Assembly: GCF_052425735.1 (NCBI RefSeq)
Contig: NC_135763.1
Location: forward strand, 3,658,001 to 3,722,000
Length of the DNA stretch: 64,000 bases
Source: Oculina patagonica
Lineage: Eukaryota
Reading direction: 5' to 3'
The notes under the pieces: model-generated
The model's database searches: none
What the model was told of the DNA's origin: nothing
Seen by the model: only the letters and a program-made list of their open reading frames with translations
Made by a program: the position numbers and the translations under genes
Part shown: one piece after another, positions 1 through 12,010 of the stretch
Layout of the letters: the number at the start of each line of letters is the position of its first letter
Position numbering within the stretch: the first letter of the stretch is position 1

Positions 1-287
1 GAATTTCAAAATTCGCGTTAATTTTATTGATGTTAATTAATATAAACACGTTTACTATAAGCATTTAACCAGAACTTTTCTTAAATTCGCGTTAATTTTA
101 TTACGCGTTCATTTTGTTCGCGTTGTTAAAATGCTTCGCTATATTCCTATAATAAGGTATAGCATAACCGCCCGCACCCACAAAAAACTTTCATACGAAA
201 ATAACAGTAAAAACAAAGTCATTTTTTATAGAAAGTTCTGCACTAAGGCGTGGTTCGAAACAGTACCTGAATATTTGGTGCCCGTAC

Positions 288-431
288 CAGTAGCAGTGAG
301 TTGAGCAGCTTGAAGCGCAGCCTGCAGTTCATGAATATCTCTTGTGCTTCCACTTGCTTCATAATCAGGTCCTGTTCTTAGCAAGGATGTTTGTCCTTCA
401 GCAGTCTTCGGACTTGGTTCTTCACCAGAAA
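288..431 (-). CDS. CEP162: CEP162-like exon 11 (VSGEEPSPK...ELQAALQAAQLTAT)
   Basis: tttcag|TT...CTG|gtacgg, 144 nt; donor position less certain. Confidence 0.7.
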
Positions 432-3400
432 CTGAAACACACAAGACAAATTATCGCGACTTAAGTTTTCAGTAGCGTTTTCACGATGGTTTTAAAGTTA
501 ATAGCAAAAATTTGACGTCGTGAACAAAAAAGTCGCTTTTAAATTACAAGAAAAGTTTGGCAACATTCGCGAAATTTAAATGTCGCAAAATACTACTTTC
601 GAAAATCGCGATATTAAGGAGTCGAGGAAATATCATGTAATAAATACACCTTATTCGATGGTTAAACATAATAAGCGCGGATATTTTGCGACTTGCGTAG
701 AATTTTCCCGCGCCCCATGGGGGCGAGGAAAAATACGAGCAATGGTCAAAATGTCCGCGCTTGTTATATGTTAAACCATCCATCAATCAAAACGCTCGAT
801 CGACACTACCGACTTACTTGACATTATTGATCGTATTTGTACCTTGTTTCTTGATGGCAGGCAAAATATGCGCTTGAGTTGTAGAAGTCACAAATGTATT
901 TATTATCTCTGTTTCAGATAAATTGTCGTAAATAAACTTAACCAAACCTTGTTCTCGCTTGCGAAATCGCATAATTTGTACATGTATACATTTCATTCAC
1001 GTGGAGGTATGGGTACGTTTCATTTACTGACAACGGAGGTTTTATATGTTCGATTCAGCGATTGTATCTTTGAAGGTTTGTTTGGCCATTTATATCTAGT
1101 AGAATATTCTGTATAGAAATTACTTCAAGTATATTACAGTGCGAATACTCGAACCGGGACAGTTGCAACAAAGTTAACCAATGACAACGTTAATCGAGAA
1201 CAAAGGATGTCGACCTTTTTCGTTAACAGACCAATGACGTTCAAGAACGCAAACAATAGATTTACAGAAAAATTTGAAAACTCAACAACGTTGCAAATAG
1301 TTGCGGACCTCTCAGGAAACTCGCCTTGTTTTTGACTGGTTAGTTTCGACCCTTAATTTTCAAGAGGTCGTAGATGGAGATCGTAGATAGATAAAAGACA
1401 AGTTATACAAGATGTATGTTACAATATCATCTTCGCGAAAAGTTTACAAATCAAACTACGAACCGTGAATTTTCTCTTCACGGCCGGAGTTTTGAATTGA
1501 ATATTCCACTGTTCGCTCTTGTTTGAAAATTTTCACTCCGGAAATAAAATGAAGACTGTGAAATCAAATTCACGCCGTAATTATTTTCATTTCGCTCTAG
1601 CTTTTCAGTAGCTTTGCTCTGTCTGTTGCCTTGAAATCGATGCGAGTCACTTCCTCGCCAATGTTAAAAAATTGCTTTTACACCTTCGTATGACTATCAA
1701 ATTCACGAAAACAGATTACTTATATCGTCGGTCAATGCCGTATAACTGTTCACAAGTTACCACTTTACCTTTTTGACACGATTTGAGGCCACGTGAAATG
1801 TAAACATCAGGTCGAATGTTGTTTTCGCTTGTTTGCCCACGGACTCATTTTCTGTCGGTTATCTACTGTTACAACTTTGTAAACTCACGGTTTTCATGAA
1901 AGAGGAGTTTGATCCGTTTCGTCATTGAGTCTTCAATCTTTCTGTGGTTTTATAAAATTACCACAGGCTAAAGTCATTGAAACTTTTATGGGAGAAAATT
2001 CATTTCAAGCGGCGAAAGCAAAATTGTCATTATTAAATAAAATATGCAAGGTCAGTTGTGGCTGTGGCGGCATCCCAAATCTTTCTTGCATTGTCTTTCG
2101 TCAGAAACAAAAAATAATCACAACAAACACGAGTATGTAACTTAGAAGAGTGAAAACAACTGACTTTTCAAACATGATATCTAGAACGTTTCTATTCACT
2201 TTCTGCTCACATGCGACACAAGACACTGCATACGACGGAATAGGCACTTGAGACGTCCTTTGAAACAATTCCATCCCGTTTCGCGTCTTCGCGCTTGTCG
2301 TGAATAAAAGCGTCCTTCGTTACCAACGAAGAGCAATACAATTTTATCAGAAAATTTCTTTTGAAGAATTTTTCAGCCTGTGAAAGCCAACTTTTGATTA
2401 CGGTTTTACAAGCGCTACTGAAAATTCGGTGCAGTCAGTGAAAATTTAGGATCGAAATTATCCAATCAAATACAAGGCAAGTTTCCTGAGAGGTCCGCAA
2501 CTGTTTCAAACGTTGTTGACTGTTTAAATTTTGTTGCAAATCTATTGTTTGCGGTCTTGGACGTTGGTCCATTTCTAAAAAAGGTCGCCATTCTTTGTTC
2601 TCAATTAGCGTTGTGATTGGTTAACTTTGTTCCAACTGTCCCGGTTCGAGTATTCGCACTGTAAACATGATCTTGTAACGAATCGACTTTGACTTGTATC
2701 AAAACGACCGGGCTATGATCTGGAGATGAAATCACTAAAAATTATCTTATTGCCATAAGGCCACCTTCCTAATGGTTAGCGCGCTCGACTCCGAGTCGAA
2801 CATCCCGGGTTCGAGGCCTGGCCGGGGCGCTGCGTTGTGTTCTTGGGCAAGACACTTTACTCTCACAGTGCCTCTCTCCACCCAGGTGTATAAATAGGTA
2901 CCGGCGAACTTACTGCTGGGGGGTAACCCTGCGATGGACTAGCATCCCATCCAGGGGGGAGTAGCAATACTCCTAGTCGCTTAATGCCACGGAAACTGGG
3001 ATAAGCTCCGGCTGTATGGGCCTCATGGCTCGGAGACAGACTTTACCTTTTTTACCTTACCATAAGGCCACCTTGTTCCCCACAGGGAAAAAACAGTGCT
3101 TAACAGAAATTAAATACTGGCACGGTACTGACCTTCACTAGAGACAGCAGCAGCTTGCGGCTTTTTCTGTTCTAACAGAAGATTAAGAGCTGCAGCAGGT
3201 CTCTTGGTTTCCAATGTAGAATCCAACGACTCCATCAGAGAAACTAAATAAAGAAGTAAAAAATGGTATTTATTTACAAATCCAGTATATCAGACTTTTG
3301 ACTAATAGAACAACGTTACAGTGACATTTGGACTATTCCTGCTTATAATGTATTACAAGGTTAACTAACTAGCGTGGATCGGTGCATAGTTTATTTTGTA

Positions 3401-4612
3401 TCTTATCTCTAGGATAAGGTTCGGGTTATTTTCAAGGCCAACATTTATGAGGGGAGAAAATTGCTTTTTCACCATTTTTTTTTATGTATGACTTTTCTTT
3501 GGATGCGACATAATTTATGTATATCATTTGCCGGGGGGATACCCCAGACCCCCCTACATATGAGCAGACTTTACAGGCCAATTAGCTAAGCCTACGAGTC
3601 TTCAAAAAAGCTAGCTACGCCCCTGGAAGTCCACTTAATTCACTTTTACATACTGGTATATTGCTTTATAGTTACAGGCACCAAGTTGGGAGTAATCCTA
3701 TTCTCTATTATGACGAACAGCCTCCTATGTGCTTGGAACCTTAGAATTAAGTTTGTCGATGACACAACAGCCTTAGAAATCATCCCTAGAAATAGTGTAA
3801 GCTTGCTTAACTTTGCTGCCAACGATATTTTTGAATTTTCAAACGAGCACAAGATGAAGCTTAATCCTTCTAAATGCAACGAAATGTTGATCAGTTTTAT
3901 GAGTAACCATAATTTCGTAATTAATCCTATTATACTTGGAAATAACGTAATTGAACGAACCTCAAAATACAAACTCCTTGGGGTTTACATCAGCAGCGAC
4001 TTAAAATGGGACTACCACATAGACTATATTGTTAAAAAAGCGAACAAAAGACTCTTTTCCCTAAGGATACTAAAGCAATGCGGTGCCACGCCGGTAGCAT
4101 TAGCCAAAGTATTTGTTACAATAGTGCGTCCTATTTTAGAATATGCCGCCCCTGTCTGGCAGAACATTCCTGACTTTTTAGATAATAACATTGAGAGAGT
4201 CCAGAAGAGAGCCATGTTTATTATTTGTCCTTCCCTCGACTACAAGGAGGCATTACGGCTGCTCGACCTCACTTCAAAAGTTCATTGAGAGAACGGCGCC
4301 AACATCTTTGCCGGCAGTATGTCTGTAAACTTCAGGATGTAAATAGCCCTCTTCATTTTCTTTTGCCTCGACGTGAGGAGATTGTACATAACTACGACCT
4401 AAGATCCGGCACAAGTCGTAACACCATCAAGCCTTGCAGAACGAAGCGTTCCCAGGACTTCGTCACTTTTCGATATTAAACCCTGTTTGTTTATAATAGA
4501 ACATTTTATTGTACAGTATATATATATTGTAATTAATAGTTTATATTTATACCTTAGCTTGTTTTTTTACTCTGTAATTCAGTTATTAATAGTGCAATGA
4601 GTGTCTATTTAA

Positions 4613-4678
<66 letters not shown>

Positions 4679-7600
4679 CAGTAGCGTCGTCAATGTTGTC
4701 GCCTTCAATCATACAAACCTTTAGACAGCATACTTGGTTTGGCTACTTCAGCAGGTTCCTGTATAATTACAAAAAGAAAATAAAGAAATCCTTCTTATAT
4801 AAAGTACAACAATTTTCCCAGACGACAAATAAAAAGAATGCTTACTCTATGCATTCTCTGACACCCTTTTTATCAGATAATGAAAAAACCTCCCCGACCA
4901 GATGCTCTCTCATTATCTGGTTTTATAGTCTGTTTGCTGTGTGGCAGGGCCCAGCCACAAGAAGAAACTATGAAGTAATGTTTGTTCTTCAAAGCTAACT
5001 AGTCCCCTGCTCAATACGGCCAGCAAGCCAGCCAGTCAGCCAATGATACATTCTCTGCACCCCTGTAGTGAATTATACATACCGGTGCTGAAGGTCTTGC
5101 TGGTTCTTCAGTATGTTCAATGCTAAGCCTCTCAGGGCTCCGTGCATCTTCAAAGTTATCACTGTATTCTTCCTCCTCTTCCTCCTTGTCCACTTCTCTA
5201 GTAGCTTTGTTCATTTTGTCAGTGGTGCCTAAAATAAGGGTTGAAAAATGGGGTTGCTTTCAGGGAGTTGCATGTAAAACTATTTATAAGTACAGCGCGT
5301 GTATTTTTTTTATATTAAACAGTATTCAGAATAATTTATAATACATTTTTACAATTATATAGTTTATTTATTTTAACAATTGGTTCATGCTTTAGTTTGC
5401 ACACTCGAGTTATGGTGTACAACCAAATGTGAATGGGAAGTTTGGAGAGCACAAAAGAAGTGTAAGAGTTGCTCGAGGTGATAGCCGAGAACAACTCTAC
5501 CTTCTTGAGTGCTCTCCACACTTCCCAAGTGTACTACTGTGTAGCTCAATAGTTCACGGCTAATACCATGAACCAATTTTTTATAACAATGCCGGTGGAA
5601 ATGTACTTCAAAATCCACACTAAAAAACTTGCGTGAGAAAACATTTTCTGGGGAGACAATCTGCTCACACTATCAGTGTGTACTATTGGATTATGTTACA
5701 CACATAAGTACAAGTATAAATTGGATTGTGCGACTCTGGTCTCCAATGGACACCTCCTGTAAGGTGAAACTTACTTTATTTATTCCACTATTATGCCATC
5801 TTACCATATCAGGTCAAGAGAACATGCAAAATTTGAGCCAGTAACACTGCAGAACAGGGCAAAAATACAGATGGAAAGCAGAACAACAAAATGGCTAAAT
5901 TAAATTATCCAAACTTTGACTTTGGCATTAAATGGCACAAACAAAGTCGGCACTCTTAAAAATGACACTTTTTCAGGTTACAAGGAGGTTACAAGGGTCT
6001 TGCAAACAGGAAGTTCATCTTTGCTGGGAAATTTGTCATTTGCAGTTATTTTACCACTACAGAGTTACAATATTTTGCTGTAAAAGTTCCTACCTGTCAC
6101 ATTGAATATAGAGTCACCCAGTTCAGCTCCAGTGGCCTGGAATCTCTCATCTTCCCACCTTTGCAAACACAGTGTAAGTTAAGAGTTAACCACCTTGGCA
6201 AGGAAAAAATATGACTTGAACATACATCTACCAATAAATACAGGGTGAATCTACTTTACAACACTCCAGTCAGACACGTCCAACAATACACCCGCTTTTA
6301 GTGTTACCTGCATAGTGGCTTTCTATCAACATCCATCTCTGATGTGGTAATCAAACAAAATGGATTTAAATCTGCCAATCACAGCCCACTAGCTAGCATG
6401 ACTTTTTGAACTTGTCGGCTCATTTGCATGAATCCAACACTGGTATGCATCGGTTTTGACCCAGGGGAGGAACTTGCTGTATACAGTGTACATGATGGGG
6501 GGGGGTCCGACGGAGCTTCATATTGCGAACCCCAAAAAAATACATGAGCCTGAAATTTACACCCAAAAAATACCTGACATCAAAATTTTCTACCCCAAAA
6601 AGTACAAGACCTAGCACCTCTATACTGATTTATTCAATAAAACAGACTTTAAGACCTAAAAAAATATATCACAGATCTCTTGACCCAAAAAAAATACCGA
6701 GGGTGTAAATTTTCAACCGAAAAAAATATGTCGGACCTCCCCGTCATGTATACTGCAAGTACCCCCCCCCCCCCTGGGTTTTGATTGGCTCATTTCCAAC
6801 AGCATGTTGAAAAACAACGTCAAAAGGTGGATGTAGAAAGATAGCTATGGGCGTTACACTGAAATCAGCTGAAAAACCTCACATCTGATGCAGAAAACAC
6901 TAGCAGGTATGTCTGGTAAGACATCAGGGATCCCAACAATGGAAAAACCTACCTGTTTTGTGTATTACCAGTAACTGAATCAGAAGTAGAAATTTCCCCA
7001 AGTTTTTTGTTATAATCCACAGCAGATGTCCCATCCTCCACATCATGAAAGAACTTCTCCTTGTCTGCTAGCTCATTCATAGTGTCCAGTCCCATGCCAG
7101 CAGGTTTGGCAACAAACGGCTGGGGAACTGGAGGGGAGGGACTAGCAGTTCCTCCTGTTTTGGGTTCATCTATAAAACAAGTTAAAAATTCATTATACAA
7201 TGTATATTAAAATAAGAATAGATTTAGGACATGAAAAAAATATGCTGCCTACAGTAAAAAGAAGAGTATTTTAATAAAATACATGTAGCTGAGATTCTCT
7301 TAGCTATCTTTCTCATAGAAAAAGCTATTCTTAATCAGTGTACATGTATGAGTCATGATTGTTGTTTATTAATTTATAAGTTCATGTACATATAAGTATC
7401 TTGCAAAACAATTATTTGCATTGCCAGAGCTGTGCTCTAGCAGAGCCCAGGTGCCTCAGGAAACTTACTTATGTCTTTGGGCGATGTGAATAACTTTCCT
7501 ATCATAAAAGCTTCTAAGAGCTGGGCACCCAAGATTTCTTATACAAATGCCTTTGGGCACCCTGCAATCATTCAAAGAGCGCAGCTTTGATTGCATTTTA

Positions 7601-10600
7601 AAAATGGCTTTGGGATAGGTAGGGGTAAATAATTAATTGCTCACCACTGACAAATTACAATATCTTGATAAAGTTTGTCCAGTAGTACTAATGAATATAA
7701 TTTTATTGCTTTAGATGTGGAGTGCCATTTTATAATAATGTTTGCAACTTTTACAAGTAAGGCCATCAAAAACCCTCTGCTGAGATACAGTTACATACCT
7801 GTACTGTAGGTAAAAGTGTCTTCAAAGTCCTCTGATCCAAGCCTAATACATTACAAAATACAATTACACGTATGTCATAAAATTAATGTAAACTAAGGTA
7901 GCATCAAAGAACTACCAATTAAAAAAAAGATTTTTCAACCTTTTTAGTATTTCTTCAGGTGGTGGTTTTGCCTTTTCTGTGGACTTTGCCAGACCTGTCA
8001 GTGAAAGGAAGACAAATTAACTAAAAGAATAGAAATAGAAAATGGCTTAATGTGTGGTTCCAGAAAATGTCCATACAGCTGTACTCCCCCGCAGAAGGGA
8101 TTGGAAATTCCTCGGGGTGCGAGGGGTCTCAAAGGCCAAAAACGGTAAGGAAATGATTGAAGATTAATTGGTATATCCAGAGGGGTTGGGGGGGGGGGGT
8201 AGGTCTAATAGGAAACATCCCTTTCATGGAGGAGGTATGGACAATTTATGGTACTACACAATGCACATCTACCAATCATGATAAATTATTACATGCAATT
8301 AAAGTGAACACCTCCCTGACACAGAGGGAATCTCTTTAGGGCAAGGTGAACATGTTCCTCTCCCAGGTGTACACCTTTCCAATACAGACATCACTTCAGG
8401 TCATACACCTATCCAAGCTGAACACTTTTCAAGGCAGACAACTGCCCAGAAAGACCAAGGTGGATACCTTTATGTCTCACAGAGAAACACCTCTAAGGAA
8501 GACACTGAGCTCTAATTAAAGCAAGACAAACACTCCTTCCCAGTGGAAACTGAGAAATCCTTCCAAGTTGAATATCTCTATAAGGTGGACAATTAATTTG
8601 CCAATGCAGACAGCTCATCAAGGTAAACACGCCTTGTAATGTGGACACCTCTACAAGACAGACACTTAAGACTTGATGGACACGACTTCAAGGTGGATGT
8701 CTATTGACAATGGACAGTTGAAGGTGGTCCTTAGACTGAATGCCTGTTACTTTACTGTTAGGTATTTAAGTTTCACATTTAAATACTTACATTATAATAC
8801 AATCATGCATACCATTATCAAGATTATATCGCAAGGATGCATTAACTGACCTTCCTCAAGGCTGTCTCTACTGATAGACAGAGCTGAGCTGTCAACATAA
8901 CTTCCAGTAGACAGAGCAGTTACCTGGCCCTTTATCAGAGCGTACATGTGGTGTGGGGACTGCTGGAGTAGAAGCCTAAAAATAATAAATTAACTTGCTG
9001 CATCACAAATGTGTTCTGGTCACCAAGTACCCTAGGGCTTAATTAACACACGTCCAGCTGAACACTAATGTTTGCATTGATTTTTTGAAATAACGTTGAT
9101 TTTTTAAAGAATAAAAAAAATAAAAAACCAATACTGAACAGGGATTTTGTTATTTACTTAAAAGGGCTTTTGGAAAAATATCATTAATTAGGTTAAGTCT
9201 TTTAATGTGTAAACATACAGATATTTTAATAACACTTTTACTAAATTAAATATAACTACTAATATTATGGATAAATTTACATTTTGTTTGGTTTCAATTT
9301 TAGAAAACCAGTTAAAGTTCTTGTTTTTTAAGTCATTTTCTGTTCCTTTAAACTTTGCCTCTGTTTTAGTAAAAAGCCTTGGTACAAAACCAATACAGTC
9401 AAACTTCGATTATCCGGACTCGTTGGGACTAGGCTAAATAGTCTAGATAATTGAAAGTAGTGATTGCCTGCCCCATATTAATGAGCCAAAAACAAAACCA
9501 GAGCATCTGACAGGATGTGGTGGTGCGGATCCGCATAGTTCACTAAATTCTGAATCCATTCGCATCTTCGGTGCACGATGGGAAGGTTGGGTTGAATACT
9601 GTCGAACATACAACAGCATTCCTGTATTCTGATTGGCTGTATTATTTTGCCCCCCCCCCTATGGCATGGTATAATAAATGATAAATTTACAAAAGTTCTG
9701 TTTAAACCAAAAGATATTCATCTTACATTATCCAATGCCTCTTGTTCCTGCTTATTTACTTCTGGTTCTGTAATCTTTGGTTTTATCCAACTCTTTCGAG
9801 CAGCTTCTCTTTTCTTCCTGTCATCTTCATTGTCTTCCTCTGCCCACCACGGCAACTGAGCACCTCTCGGCTTTGCATTCAAATCAGGAGTTTTCATACG
9901 TGGGGAGCCCATGGAGGACTCGTCCGACATAGACTAAAAAAGACAGAAGAATAATATTTTACTGAATAATCTTACTTACAAGTAACATGTTTGCCTTTCC
10001 TTTTAGTCAAATTATCCAATGGACATTAAAGTTATAATGATCAGAAAAATAAAGCCATAATACAGTCTTACCAAGGAACTTAAGGGCACTGCATTAATTG
10101 TTTGCGTGCATCCTTATTACTGCACACCCAATTCATGTTAATGCAATGTCACGCCAAGCCATACACTGAGCATCAAGTATAATCATGCAGATTATACCTT
10201 CAGTTGTTAGAAAAACTTAGGGTTTACCTCGATGTAAAAACCTGTGCGATTTTTCTTTGATTTGGAGCTATTGTTTTCCTGCTCTACAAATGTATCTTGT
10301 TTAAAGGTTCCTTGTTGTCTTGTTTCACAGGTTTTGCCACCGAGGATGAGCCAAAACAGCGTGCAAAGGAGTTAGTGTCCACTAGCCTAGGACTAGTGGA
10401 TTTTGCGGTCGGGCTAGTGGACTTAATCTTTCACTTTTGCCGTTCATAGGCAACGTGTGTATGAAAATCTTATTTTGGCTAGTAAAAATGACTCTTGGGC
10501 TTGTACGTTCTGGCTAAAAATTCAATTTCTTTGCATCCTGCAAAACTTGAAACAAATTAACCATTTCCGATTAATTTAACAGTAGCTCAATCTCAACTAC

Positions 10601-11597
10601 AAACTAACTGTGGAGAAGGATAATGTGATCATCCCCAATATAAACTGGGTTATTATCCCGAAAAAAAAAAAACCCGTAAAACTCCAAACTGTCCACTTAT
10701 CCTTCTCCAATTATAATTATGCATACAATTTTGCGAGTCTCGTTTTATTCATGATACAGATAGCAGTTCGTTTGCAAAATTAAGTATGGGACTATACGGA
10801 ACTATTAAATAAAATCAACAATTAACAAATGGTAAACGTCACAGCGTGCACTATTGAGTTACAGATGCACGCGGGAGGTTGCTAAGCACGAAAGATGCGT
10901 AAGAGTCGCCCTCGGCTATCGCCTCGGGCGACTCTAGCTTCTTGAGTGCTTAGCAAACCTCCCAAGTGCATCTGTAACTCAATAGTGCACGCTGTGACGT
11001 TTACCATTTGTTTTATAGCACAACTTTTAGGCGATTTATTAAAGTTTCTTTGAGGTAAAAGTGCGCGCGCTTATTTAAACAATTGCGTGTAGTGCTCGCG
11101 TAAGCGCTGACGAACACCCAAAAGAAAAAAACAAACAAAACAAAGTTTTGAATTATTTCAAACTTGCATTATACCTCAAAGTCTTCAGCGTTATGGAAAA
11201 ATGGGTTTCTTATGTTTAGCTTTTCAAATTCACAGGAAAATCGAGAAAACAAGTAAAAACTCGTTAAGTAGTGGCACTTTCTTGTGCCATGTCGCAACAG
11301 ATCAGCGCGCGCGCTCAAGTTGAAGCATACGTCAGCGTGCACCCATGGGCAAATAGTAGACGCTAAATTAACCAATCAGAACGCGCGCTTTACTTTAGTT
11401 GTGCTATAATAATATTTAGTAGAAACTCAGCTGTGTTCTATTGGAAATCCGCGAATCTGATTGGTTCTCCTACTGTTTTCTATTCGCCGATAGAAAACAG
11501 TCGCGCGCGAGTAGCTCCTTAAGCGGTAAATTTTCTTGATTTTTGTCTTCAAAGTGCACAATATTGTAGGTTTTGGACTGCAATGCTTTAGAGTTTC

Positions 11598-11633
<36 letters not shown>

Positions 11634-11634
11634 T

Positions 11635-11670
<36 letters not shown>

Positions 11671-11677
11671 TTGCTCA

Positions 11678-11712
<35 letters not shown>

Positions 11713-12010
11713 AGCAAACATTTAACAAAAACCAGTTCTTACAGGTACATGTCATCAATGAATCATACTAGCTGTAAAATGCCTTATTAAAAGTATAAAT
11801 TAGAGCATTTCGTTTTCAGAATTAAAAAGAGTTGATAACAAACACAATTCCTCCTAGAAATCGTTTAACTGTTTTCACTACAAGAAGCAGTCAAGCTCAA
11901 ATATTCTATGTTGTTGTGCTTACCTCATTTAGAAACTTTTCAAATTCGGCATCCAAATCGATATTCTTTGTCTTAAACTGATCTCGTAACTTTCCCCACC
12001 GATCCGCCAT
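288..12010 (-). CDS. CEP162: Centrosomal protein 162-like gene (QN1/KIAA1009), first 11 coding exons; continues beyond the left edge
   Basis: Manually spliced GT-AG exons with consistent phases give MADRWGKLRDQFKTKNIDLDAEFEKFLNESMSDE...LPWWAEED...ISRDSLEE...GMGLDTMNELADKEKFFHDVEDGTSAVDYNKKL...YSDNFED...PSMLSKVSLMESLDS. These blocks match, in order, recalled vertebrate CEP162 N-terminal motifs (LDEEFEQFMKE, PWWITEDD, GVGLDTLEEQEEKEQFF..IDY, YSDDFED, GMLANVVLLDSLDS). Confidence 0.85.
1137..2661. mobile_element. Non-autonomous Tc1/mariner-like DNA transposon, ~1.5 kb
   Basis: TIRs cagtgcgaatactcgaaccgggacagttg / caactgtcccggttcgagtattcgcactg extending ~190 bp imperfectly; TA on both sides; no transposase ORF. 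Confidence 0.8.
2768..3059 (+). mobile_element. tRNA-derived SINE (family A) with 15-bp TSD
   Basis: A/B-box-like tggttagcgcg...ggttcgagg, (tttacct)n tail, TSD ccataaggccacctt at 2753-2767 and 3060-3074. Confidence 0.9.
3133..3243 (-). CDS. CEP162: CEP162-like exon 10 (VSLMESLDSTLETKRP...VSSE)
   Basis: tag|TT...GAAG|gtcagt, 111 nt, phase 1-1. Confidence 0.8.
3676..4675 (+). mobile_element. 5'-truncated non-LTR retrotransposon (CR1/L2-group-like RT C-terminal half), frameshifted, with (TTA)n tail
   Basis: ORF 3686-4288: GTKLG...KFVDDTT...LNPSKC...KLLGV...LKW...RPILEYAAPVW...IERVQKRA; continues in another frame (LRERR...YDLRS...RTKRSQDF); tail at ~4613-4675. Confidence 0.9.
4719..4758 (-). 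CDS. CEP162: CEP162-like exon 9 (EPAEVAKPSMLSK)
   Basis: cag|GAA...AAG|gtttgt, 40 nt; joins the next exon to give MLSKVSLMESLDS. Confidence 0.75.
5083..5228 (-). CDS. CEP162: CEP162-like exon 8 (GTTDKMNK...YSDNFED...PSAP)
   Basis: tag|GC...CCG|gtatgt, 146 nt. Confidence 0.85.
6094..6158 (-). CDS. CEP162: CEP162-like exon 7 (WEDERFQATGAELGDSIFNVT)
   Basis: aag|G...CAG|gtagga, 65 nt, phase 2-1. Confidence 0.7.
6460..6778. mobile_element. MITE with G/C-run termini and 6-bp TSD
   Basis: cccagggg...tacatgatgggg..gtccgac / gtcggac..ccccgtcatgta...ccctggg; ttttga flanks both ends. Confidence 0.7.
6953..7169 (-). CDS. CEP162: CEP162-like exon 6 (DEPK...GMGLDTMNELADKEKFF...QNR)
   Basis: tag|AT...CAG|gtaggt, 217 nt; conserved GLDT/EKFF/DY block. 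Confidence 0.85.
7799..7842 (-). CDS. CEP162: CEP162-like exon 5 (LGSEDFEDTFTYST)
   Basis: tag|G...CAG|gtatgt, 44 nt, phase 2-1. Confidence 0.7.
7940..7994 (-). CDS. CEP162: CEP162-like exon 4 (GLAKSTEKAKPPPEEILKR)
   Basis: cag|GT...AAG|gttgaa, 55 nt, phase 1-2. Confidence 0.7.
8851..8962 (-). CDS. CEP162: CEP162-like exon 3 (...SALSISRDSLEE); acceptor uncertain
   Basis: Donor GAAG|gtcagt. An in-frame acceptor ttctactcccag| gives an exon start at ~8962; the stronger AG at 8977-8978 would require an extra upstream exon. Confidence 0.6.
9727..9933 (-). CDS. CEP162: CEP162-like exon 2 (SMSDESS...PWWAEED...ALDN)
   Basis: Acceptor tttttag|TCT, donor AAT|gtaaga, 207 nt, phase 0-0. Confidence 0.85.
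10824..11012. repeat. Long near-perfect palindrome (foldback MITE-like)
   Basis: aacaaatggtaaacgtcacagcgtgcactattgagttacagatgcac ... gtgcatctgtaactcaatagtgcacgctgtgacgtttaccatttgtt; a decayed relative lies at ~5395-5560. Confidence 0.75.
11604..11707. repeat. Hairpin terminus of a foldback repeat
   Basis: aacaattagactac..ttttctatgagc..atagtcaac / gttgactat..gctcatagaaaa..gtagtctaattgtt. Confidence 0.7.
11924..12010 (-). CDS. CEP162: CEP162-like coding exon 1 (MADRWGKLRDQFKTKNIDLDAEFEKFLNE)
   Basis: ATG at 12010, 29 codons, donor GAG|gtaagc. Confidence 0.85.

Noticed and set aside
4597-4998. 133-aa poly-Leu ORF
   Set aside because: Translation of the LINE (TTA)n tail; antisense to a CEP162 exon.
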